18,565 nucleotides of DNA from Octopus sinensis (lineage: Eukaryota). The stretch's first letter is position 1; every line of letters starts with the position of its first letter. The notes under the pieces were generated by a model. The model was not told the DNA's origin and ran no database searches. It was given only the letters and a program-made list of their open reading frames with translations. Of this stretch, positions 1 through 8,332 are shown one piece after another. Where the stretch lies: positions 1 to 18,565 of the forward strand of contig NW_021824486.1 of assembly GCF_006345805.1 (NCBI RefSeq). Direction: 5' to 3'. Made by a program: the position numbers and the translations under genes.

Positions 1-45
1 GTATTTGCAAAGGGAAGTCATCCTTCCCGTCTTCAACTTATGATA

Positions 46-90
46 CACACGGACTCGAGTTTCGAGGTATTGACCTCTCGTCAGCGTGTG
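46..90 (-). ncRNA. Minimal type I hammerhead ribozyme (inverted copy)
   Basis: Minus strand reads CACACG-CTGACGA-GAGG tcaata CCTC-GAAA-CTCGAG-TC-CGTGTG: 6-bp stem I, CUGANGA core, 4-bp stem II, GAAA, palindromic stem III, GUC cleavage triplet. Confidence 0.85.
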
Positions 91-94
91 ACAA

Positions 95-308
95 CTATGA
101 TTGTCACACGCTGACGAGAGGTCAATACTCGAAACTCGAGTCCGTGTGTATCATAAGTTGAAGACGGGAAGGATGACTTCCCTTTGCAAATACTGACAGG
201 GCACAGAAAGTGTGTCTATGGCCAGCTGGAGGAGTGTGTCCTCCTGGGGCTAAAAACTACAGTAGCATCCACCCTTAGGGGTAGCCATATTGAAATGGCA
301 AATATACG

Positions 309-312
<4 letters not shown>
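95..312 (+). mobile_element. HHR-bearing pLTR/3' fragment, probably Penelope-like, ending in (AT)n
   Basis: Contains the minimal HHR and runs into the (AT)n tract at 313. Minimal HHRs with palindromic stem III are characteristic of PLE pseudo-LTRs. Confidence 0.55.
96..155 (+). ncRNA. Minimal type I hammerhead ribozyme, PLE type
   Basis: CACACG(105-110)-CTGACGA(111-117)-GAG gtcaata CTC-GAAA(131-134)-CTCGAG-TC(141-142)-CGTGTG(143-148). Distal stem I TATGA(96-100)/TCATA(151-155) lies across an internal loop. Predicted cut after C142. Confidence 0.88.
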
Positions 313-350
<38 letters not shown>

Positions 351-354
351 TATA

Positions 355-409
<55 letters not shown>

Positions 410-507
410 CTATATATACATATATATACATATCTATATATATTATCTATATATATATATATATATAGATATATATATATAATATATATTATATATATAT
501 ATATATA
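313..507. repeat. Imperfect (AT)n microsatellite
   Basis: Direct reading. Confidence 0.97.
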
Positions 508-622
508 ACGGGAAGCTTTATGAAAATAAACAAAAGACGAAGGCAGGTGGAAAACAAACGAACAATTGTATTAGTATGGCGCTCAGGAATATAAATAAAA
601 CAAGTCTTATATATATATATAT

Positions 623-948
623 GAGGCGCAATGGCCCAGTGATTAGGGAAGCGGACTCGCGGTTGTAGGATCGCGGTTTCAATTCTCAGACCGGGCGTTG
701 TGAGTGTTTATTGAGCGAAAACACCTAAAGCTCCACGAGGCTCCGGCAGTGGGTGGTGGCGATCCCTGCTGTACTCTTTCGCCACAACTTGTTCTCACTC
801 TTTCTTCTGTTGGCCTGCTCGCTTAGCCAGCGGGGTGGCGTCATTTGAAGTCTAAAACAATGCGAAGCGCATTGTGATCAGCGATGTGTAGCAACATCTG
901 ATAGCCTGGTCGGTCACGGTGATCACGGTGATCACGGTGATCACGGTG

Positions 949-950
<2 letters not shown>
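623..950 (+). mobile_element. tRNA-derived SINE (octopus OR-type head) with (CACGGTGAT)4 tail
   Basis: A-box-like TGGCCCAGTGATTAGG, B-box-like GGTTTCAATTC (675-685), tRNA-Arg-like head, four 9-bp tail repeats at 915-950, flanked on both sides by (AT)n. Confidence 0.8.
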
Positions 951-980
<30 letters not shown>

Positions 981-982
<2 letters not shown>

Positions 983-1106
983 GACGAGCTTCCAGGCTTC
1001 CACACAGATTCCGTCTACCAAATTCACAAAGCATAAGTTTGGGCGAAGTTATAGTAGAAGGCAGTTGCTCAAAGTATCGTGCAGTGGGATTGAATCTGAA
1101 GCCAGG
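981..1106 (-). mobile_element. Diverged 5' half of the CORE-like SINE family seen at 5848-6313
   Basis: Reverse complement (CCTGGCTTCAGATTCAATCCCACTGC...CTTCTACTATA...ATTTGGTAGACGGA...GAAGCTCGTCGT) aligns with 5890-6012. Confidence 0.75.
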
Positions 1107-1545
1107 TTCAACCCAAGAGTTAGCAATACGAGCAAGCAAGAGATACAGAGAGGAATAATAACTGAAAGAAGATCATAAAACAGACCTAAAAAAAAATCAT
1201 TAAAATTTACTCAAAGGAAGCAAAAATAATACTTCAACACCACCTCATTTTTGACGGGTACTATTCTAGTATATGAAATATTTTATTGAAAATTTAATGT
1301 ACCCTGCTAAATATTTGACTGAATAAGTTTTGTACAAAGATATAAATAGTAGTCCAGTTTAAAAAAAATATTTAAGAAATACCTCCACAAATAGTTATAA
1401 TTATCTGATATGAGGGAAAAAGAGACGAGAGCATGAGAAAGAAAAAAGGGAGATAGAGTTAGATCAGTCTCTCTCAAAGAGAAGAAGTGATAATTTGTAG
1501 CTTTGTAGTGTAACTTATAACTCAGTTAGAGATAGATACTATACG

Positions 1546-1636
1546 CATACATACATACATACATACATACATACATACATACATACATACATACATACAT
1601 ACATACATACATACATACATACATACATACATACAT
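1546..1636. repeat. (ATAC)n microsatellite
   Basis: Direct reading. Confidence 0.97.
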
Positions 1637-2637
1637 CAACCGAGTACCTGATGCACAAAAGGGATAGAGATGTAGAAAAAGCAGTAAAATGTGACAACCG
1701 ATGCAGACTTTGTGGAGTTAACACCGAAGAAATCCGCCACATCGTAAGCAGTATTTTGGAAATGTCATCACGGCATAATCTGCCGCTGAGACGTGATGTA
1801 GCTAGGATACTCTATAATGAAATCCGTCGGAAGGATAAACCCGAGGACAAAGAAATAAGAATCCATAGTATGGTAGAAGCCATAGCCACTCATAATAAAA
1901 AGGAATACAGGTGGAATGTCTAAGTGAAAACCTCAATAAAATGTAAGCACAACAGACCTGATATAATGATTTGAGATAGAGAAGAGAAACTTTGTACAGT
2001 TGTGGAAATTAGCTGCCCAGCGGATGTTAACATAAAGCTGGAGATCAGCGAAAAAGAGAACACCTATGCTGAACTATTTAGAAATCTGCAATTACTCTAT
2101 CTAGATTACAAGTCCAGGTTTATACCTGCAATTATTGTGGCCCTGGGATATGTAACACACTGCCTAAATACCAACCTTGGGACATTAGGCTTGTCAAGAC
2201 TAGAAAGGAGAAAGCTGATTCGAAGACCACAGATCCATCCGTCACTGCAGCTGTAAAAATCTGTAAAACATTTCCAGAAGTCTATCATTTAAGAATATAT
2301 GAGTATGTCTAGATATGCAACTATACGCATGAGAATACATACATAAAAAAAAAACATACATACATACATACATACATACATACATACATACATACATACA
2401 TACATACATACATACATACATACATGCATGCATGCATACATACATAATACATACATACATACATACATACATACATACATACATAGAAAAATATCCAGTT
2501 GTTGATATTGAAATTCCAATGAAGGAACCATGGATCTAGGCTAGAAACCGGCTCTTTCTTTATTAGCGAGAAATCTTGAAATAAAACTGAACGGTGACAT
2601 ACATACATACATATATACATATATACATACATACATA
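1637..2637 (+). mobile_element. 5'-truncated non-LTR retrotransposon, RLE type (R4/Dong-like): CCHC knuckle, restriction-like endonuclease and 3' UTR
   Basis: One frame over 1651-2235 gives CRLCGVNTEEIRHI (zinc knuckle), HNRPDIMI*DREEKLCTVVEISCP (PD-D/ExK-type RLE) and KENTY. It has 2 in-frame stops and a frameshift before SVTAAVKICKTF...* (ends 2291). The putative 3' UTR has an internal (ATAC)n at 2355-2485 and an (ATAC)n tail at 2598-2637. Confidence 0.85.
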
Positions 2638-2638
2638 A

Positions 2639-2853
2639 CCAGTGGGTGCCGAAAAGTTCCTGGTTTTAAGATTCTCGCGAAAGGCCTGGTTGGAGGCTCA
2701 ACCTTTCGAGTTCTTTTAAAGGGCTTAGAAAAACTGAAGGGTCACTGCAATAAGTATGTGAATTTGAGAGAGGAATATGTTGAATAAACTCAATTAACAG
2801 ATCCTCCTGTATTTTCTTTTACCGAAAGCTGGAAACTTTTCGGCACTCCCTTG
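2639..2853 (+). mobile_element. Internally deleted mariner (non-autonomous)
   Basis: Imperfect TIRs share GTGCCGAAAAGTT, with TA after the right end. The internal LEKLKGHCNKYVNLRGEYVE*-like peptide resembles a mariner transposase C-terminus. Confidence 0.7.
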
Positions 2854-3001
2854 TATATACTAGCGCACATACATACATACATACATACATACATACATAC
2901 ATACATACACATACATACATACATACACGCGCATACATATAAGTGAGTATCTATTTATCTATCATCTCACCATATATCTATCTCTCGATCCCTCTCACCG
3001 C

Positions 3002-3297
3002 CGGTGGTGGTGGTGGTGGTGATAGCGGCTGCGGCGGTGGTGTTGGTGGTTGTGGTGGTGGCGGTATTGTTGGATTGATGATGATGGTGGTGTTCGTGAT
3101 GGTGTTTGTGGTGGGATTGTTGTTGTTGTTGTTGGTGGTGGTTTGGTTGTGGCGTCGTTGTTCTTGGTGGTGGTGGTGGTGGTAGTGTTTGTTTGGAGTT
3201 GGTGGCGGCGACGTTAGCGGTAGTGTTAGTTTGGAGTTGGTGGTGGCGACGGTGGCGATGGTGGTGGTGGTGGTGGTGGTGGTGGTGTGGTGGGTGG
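3002..3297. repeat. Compound (GGT/GTT/GAT)n trinucleotide tract
   Basis: Direct reading. Confidence 0.93.
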
Positions 3298-3501
3298 AGT
3301 GATGGCATTAGTGTTAGTGCTCTCATTAATGAAGATGGATGGCTGTGAAGATGCTATCAGAAAAATAAAATACACCATCCAAATGCTGTGGTATGATGGT
3401 ATTTGAATGGTATGTTTCTTTTTCTGTATCATATAGACTGCTAAATACTGCACACCCATTACACCTTGTAGTTCTGTAAGCTTACCTGTGTAGAAAACAT
3501 T

Positions 3502-3679
3502 CGCAAACATAGCTGTATGGTTAATAAGCTCGTTTTGCAAAGACGTGGCTTTGGGATCAGGCCCAATGCGTGGCACATTGGGTAAGTGGTTTTTCTTATA
3601 GCCCAGTGCTGACCAATATTTTCTGAATAGATTTGGTTCACGGATTTGTGTGGAAGCTATTCGTTAATATATACATATA
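3502..3679 (+). mobile_element. Diverged 5' half of CORE-like SINE
   Basis: AGCTGTATGGTTAATAAGC...GGATCAGGCCC..TGCGTGGCACATTGGGTAAGTG...TTATAGCCC..TGACCAAT...GATTTGGT aligns with 5858-6010. Confidence 0.65.
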
Positions 3680-4193
3680 CTAGCAGTATCGCCCGGCGTT
3701 GCTCGGGTTTGTAAGGGAAATAACTATATAAGCATTTTTAGAGAGTTACTTCCCTTATAGATGCCAATTCGGGCTTTCTTAGCCATTTCTGTTTGGTGTC
3801 TTCAAGCCAAAAAGTCGTTGTCTAAAAGAACGCTGGTCTCCTTGACAACGCATTACGACTTGATTTCTTTACACTCCCTTCCCCACAGCTTCACGAGGGA
3901 GGGAAGAAGGGGGAGAAGCAAACACAGGTGCAGGTGTTTGAGCGTGGACGCCAACTCCGCCGCCATCGACACACGAAAAATTATGCATTAAAATGGAATA
4001 AAAAATGATGTTAAATTATTTTTAAAATCGTAGACTCATCGTTGACGCGCGCTAATAGCCAGACGGGCTCGATATTAATCACGACTATAAGATACCCGAA
4101 TTTGGTTAAACTGCACCGCAAAATGTGGGAGGAGTTAGGAATCTAAATCGAAGGGGACAGACACTCACACAACTAGAGTTTTATATATATAGA
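3680..4193 (-). mobile_element. Non-autonomous Helitron
   Basis: Minus strand begins TC (TCTATATATATAAAA) and ends CTAG, with a GC hairpin CCCGAGCAACGCCGGG about 8 nt before the end. Inserted in an A|T target with no TSD. Homologous to 8584-8977. Confidence 0.85.
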
Positions 4194-4355
4194 TATTAGC
4201 CTGCTGTAATGAACCCATAAACAAACATACGGTATGCTTTTTTCCCTCTAAAGAGATTGTGCTCAGAAATATGAACCTGATATTTAATTACTTCACTGTG
4301 TATAACTGAAACAGCTGTAAGGGTTAATGCTCGATTTGTTGTTGATAATAAACTC

Positions 4356-4576
4356 ACGTGTGTGTCCCCCTACGCCGCTTCACAACTAGTGTTGACTTCG
4401 TTACGTCCCCATGAATTAACGATTCGGCTAAAGGAAACGATAAAATAATTACCGGGATTAACAACAAAAAAAAAAAAGATCAGTACTAGAGTCGATTTGT
4501 TCGACTAAAAAGCTCAAGACAGTACTCCAGCATGGCCACACTCCAATGACTGAAATAAGTAAGTGAAAAAAGAAAG
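4356..4576 (+). mobile_element. Diverged 3' half of CORE-like SINE
   Basis: GTGTGTCCCCC...TTACGTCCCC...GATTCGGCTAAAGG...GTCGATTTGTTCGACTAAA...CTCCAGCATGGCCACA...AATGACTGAAA aligns with 6105-6310. Confidence 0.75.
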
Positions 4577-4735
4577 ATAGATACACCGACAGTGGTGGAA
4601 ACGGCGGCGGTGTTCTTGTATACCACTAATGGTAATGGTTGAAGTGTTAGTGGAATGGCTGATGGTAAGCTCGGTTCTCTAGTATTGGTATATTACAGAT
4701 GGCGTTGCCGGTTGTATTGTATGTGGCAATGCAAT

Positions 4736-4821
4736 AATGATGATAATGATGATGGTGGTAGTGGTGGTGGTGGTAGTGGTGTTGGTGGTGGTGGTGGTGT
4801 TGGTGGTGGTGTTGGTGGTGG

Positions 4822-4858
<37 letters not shown>

Positions 4859-4912
4859 TACAAAGATGTAGTAACGGTGGTGGTGGTGGTGGTGGTGGTG
4901 GCGATGGTGGTA
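4736..4912. repeat. (GAT/GGT)n trinucleotide tract
   Basis: Direct reading. Confidence 0.93.
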
Positions 4913-5131
4913 GTTAGGAAAGTTAACATTACCCTCATCTCGTCGGTTGTATGTTTATAGACGCCATTGTTTTTCATCAGCCTCGTCTGACCCAGTTCAT
5001 TTGATTTAGTTTACAAAAACAAAACAGGAATTACAAACGAAATACCCCTTAGAAACAGATAAATCTTATCTCCGTAACTAGCATCAGTCACTACCCTTAT
5101 TATACTTCCAGAAAACTATACCAAATAACTC

Positions 5132-5132
5132 T

Positions 5133-5182
<50 letters not shown>

Positions 5183-5600
5183 TTCTGTCTCTCCAACACT
5201 CTCCTCCTCCTTCTTCTTCTTTTTCTTCTTTTCTTCTTCTTCTTCTTCTTCTTCTTCTTCTTCTTCCTCCTCCTCTCTCTCTCTCTCTCTCCTCTCTCTA
5301 TCTATCTATCTATCTTTCTTTCTCTCCAACACTCTCCTCCTCCTTCTTCTTTTTCTTCTTTTTCTTCTTCTTCTTCTTCCTCCTCCTCTCTCTCTCTCTC
5401 TCTCTCATCTCTGTCTATCTTTCCTCCTTTGTCTGTCTGTCTGTCACACACACACACACATACACACACAAACGCACACACACATAAACACACACACACA
5501 CAAACGGACGGACACACAAACACACACGCAAACACACATGCATACACACTCAAACACAAACGCACGCACACACAAAGCACCCCCCCCCCGTCACACACAC
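5132..5600. repeat. Compound (CT)n/(CTAT)n/(CTT)n block duplicated with a period of about 133 nt, followed by (AC)n
   Basis: The anchor CTCCAACACTCTCCTCCTCCTTCTTCT occurs at 5191 and 5324. Confidence 0.9.
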
Positions 5601-5847
5601 TCACAGAGTCCTGCAAAACTCTGAACACTCAACACATGCATTGACCTCCACCTTGTTCTTCCATTCTTTTTTTTATGTCTGCAAGGCGGCGAGCTGGCAG
5701 AAACATTTAGCACGTGTATGCGTGTATGGGCCAATATACGCCAGAGCATTGGTTCCAAACACTGGTGGGGGCGGGATTTAACTCAGAGAAGCCTAAAGCT
5801 TGGAATTAAAGCCGAAAAAAAAATCATATTTAGAGCATTCAAATATA

Positions 5848-6012
5848 GGCATAGGAATGGCTGTGTGGTAAGTAGCTTGCTTAACAACCACATGGTTCCG
5901 GGTTCAGTCCCACTGCGTGACACCTTGGGCAAGTGTCTTCTACTATAGCCTCGGGTCGACCAATGCCTTGTGAGTGGATTTGGTAGACGGGAACTGAAAG
6001 AAGCCCGTCGTG

Positions 6013-6090
<78 letters not shown>

Positions 6091-6313
6091 ATGTATGTGT
6101 GTGTTTGTGTGTCTATGTTTGTCCTCCCAACATCGCTTGACAGCTGATGCTGGTGTGTTTACGTCCCCGTCACTTAGCGGTTCGGCAAAAGAGACCGATA
6201 GAATAAGTACTAGGCTTCCAAAGAATAAGTCATGGGGTCGACTTGCTCGACTAAAGGCGTTGCTCCAGCATGGCCACAGTCAAATGACCGAAACAAATAA
6301 AAGAGTAAAGAGT
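5848..6313 (+). mobile_element. Full-length tRNA-derived CORE-like SINE (octopus OR2-like) with internal (AT)n
   Basis: A box TGGCTGTGTGGTAAG, B box GGTTCAGTCCC (5901), CORE-like ACCTTGGGCAAGTG, internal (AT)n at about 6018-6090, and a 3' domain ending in AAGAGTAAAGAGT. Several truncated copies occur in the window. Confidence 0.85.
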
Positions 6314-6644
6314 ATATAATTTGTAGTTTGGTTTTACATTTCAAAATTTATTTTATCCAATTGAGTTTCTTTAAAAAATATATTGAACTTCCTTTTGATT
6401 ATTTATTGGTCGCTTTTAGATTTAATAAGCCATTAAATTAAAAAGGTGGGCAGTTCGTTAAGTGTAGAAAAGAGTAGAAAAGAATCTTGAGTGAGAACAG
6501 CACGAGCCAATGGTCAAAAAGTTCGTTGGGTGTTAAACTTGTTTCAGAGAATCCGTTGGAATGGAATCTGGATCCAAACTCATGAATTCAGACGCAAAAC
6601 AAAACAAATTAACTGTTGATATGTATGTGTGTGTATTTGTGAGC

Positions 6645-6717
<73 letters not shown>

Positions 6718-7524
6718 ATACGAATACATGTATATGAGTGTCTGTGTATATGTTTGTATTGGATGGATGTCATTCTGTATGTGTACATATACCGATGGGT
6801 AAATGTGTGTGTTTGTATGCATATATATATATATTATATATTCTATGTATATATACATATACATATATATAGGAATGTATATGTGTATATATGTATATAT
6901 GTGTGTGTATATGTATGTATCTATATATATTTTTTCATACATATACTCATATACAATTACATATATGTATGTATGTATAATAGTATTTACTCAAGAAGGA
7001 ATGGCATGGAAGATAAACAGTGTGTAATGAAGGATACTGGCGAGCGGCTGGAGATGGTATCGATGCCATCAGGCTGTTTGGGGTAACGATATTGTTCTGG
7101 CGCCAGTTTGAAAACTCCTTACCAAAATATTGGCGTGATTCCTTGGCGAGGTTGCAGATTTATTGCAAGTCTTCAGACATCTTACAGGAGTGACAGAACC
7201 GTGTATTCTTCTAACGTGTACTTTGGTTAAACCTACACAAAATAATACATACGCACAGACGCGCGCGCGGGTACGCACAGACACGCACAGACGCGCACGG
7301 ATACTGAGAGCGAAACTTGCAAAAAAACTTATACATATGCACACACGCAAACACGTATATACATTGGTAAGTATACACATACATGCCTATATATTTGTGA
7401 ATTTGTGTGTGTGTAGCGCGTGTATGCGCTCGCCCGCGTGTGTGTGTGTGTATGCATGCGTTTGCACATACGCCTATGTATATATACATACACACACACA
7501 CACACACACACACATAGGTACAAT

Positions 7525-7602
7525 CGTGTCTGTGTGGTAAGAAGTTTCTCAACCACATGGCTCCGGGTTCAGTCCCCCAACAGGCTTCTGAAAGAAGCCT
7601 GT

Positions 7603-7610
<8 letters not shown>
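7525..7610 (+). mobile_element. Internally deleted CORE-like SINE copy
   Basis: Head CTGTGTGGTAAG...GGGTTCAGTCCC is joined to CTGAAAGAAGCC.GT.GTATA, with about 80 nt of the body missing. Confidence 0.75.
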
Positions 7611-7644
<34 letters not shown>

Positions 7645-7646
<2 letters not shown>

Positions 7647-8045
7647 AATTAAGGACTGAGCACGAAAAGGTGGACAGTCAACATGCTAGATATAGACGTC
7701 AAATCGCCATTCTCCACAAGGATTATGTTCTCAAATAAAAATAAAATTCAGCACGACCTAAAGCAATGGATGAGACAAAAAAAATACTAAGTGGAATAAT
7801 TACCTACGTACTGCAGTTTCAGCTATTAATATCACAAGGATATCTGTAGCTTCATCAGCGTAGTCTGTTATGAGCATAATATGCTGTACTAGATGAAAAA
7901 CGGTACCGAAGTCCCGCATGCAAAAAGTACAACCTATTACGTTCGGATGTATCTTTCGAATGCCTCTACTTTTGGCGCGCTGATAATCGAAAAACTAGCC
8001 TGCAGCCAATAATTAGCAGCAGTCAATTTATCGGTTTGAGAACAT
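7645..8045 (-). mobile_element. HHR-bearing fragment, probably a PLE pLTR/3' end, ending in (AT)n
   Basis: Carries an intact HHR on the minus strand and runs into (AT)n at 7605-7644. Confidence 0.5.
7804..7863 (-). ncRNA. Minimal type I hammerhead ribozyme with extended stem II
   Basis: Minus strand reads CTACG-CTGATGA-AGCTA cagATATCcttgtGATATtaa TAGCT-GAAA-CTGCAG-TA-CGTAG. GUA triplet, predicted cut between 7809 and 7808. Confidence 0.87.
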
Positions 8046-8054
8046 ATATTTCAT

Positions 8055-8244
8055 ATTTAAAAATTAAGGGTAGAAATTGATATTAGTCAATTAAAACCAG
8101 TGGTCTAGCACATTAAAAAGAATCCGAAGATTAAAATATTTTATAAAATATAAAATATAAATATTTTAATCTTCGGATTCTTTTTATGTGCTAGACCACT
8201 GGTTTTAATTGACTAATATCAATTTCTACCCTTAATTTTTAAAT
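8055..8244. repeat. Near-perfect inverted repeat (87/86-bp arms, 17-nt AT loop)
   Basis: 8055-8141 versus 8159-8244, with one extra T in the left arm. Confidence 0.96.
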
Positions 8245-8332
8245 TATATATAATATATATAGATATATATAATATATATATGTATATATATATATATAAT
8301 ATATAATATATATATATATATATATATAAATT

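Larger units (their letters stand above)
1..193. repeat. Near-perfect inverted repeat (94/93-bp arms, 6-nt loop CTATGA)
   Basis: 1-94 is the reverse complement of 101-193 except for one extra G at 66/67. The left arm starts at the window edge, but the match cannot be followed further. Confidence 0.97.

Noticed and set aside
205-290. CTGGAGGA...AAAACTACAGTA as a second HHR in the first element
   Set aside because: Both core strings are altered and no stem I or stem II pairing could be built.
623-700. SINE heads as tRNA genes (also 5848-5915)
   Set aside because: No complete cloverleaf, and both continue into SINE body and tail.
915-950. 9-bp direct repeats as a CRISPR-like array
   Set aside because: No spacers, eukaryotic context, and the repeat is a SINE tail.
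1256-1306. GGGTAC...GTACCC inverted pair
   Set aside because: Only 6 bp with no extension, as expected by chance.
4194-4328. piggyBac-like end GGGTTAA
   Set aside because: No convincing matching left TIR or TTAA duplication.
4968-4985. CTGATGA on the minus strand
   Set aside because: No stem II, GAAA or cleavage triplet follows.
5683-5713. AAGGCGGCGAGCTGGCAGAA as a tRNA gene or SINE head
   Set aside because: About 30 nt only, with no B box or cloverleaf. At most a SINE fragment, too short to annotate.
7135-7180. Minus-strand CTGAAGA-CTTG...CAAG-GAAT
   Set aside because: GAAA is absent and there is no stem I or III, so this is likely chance.
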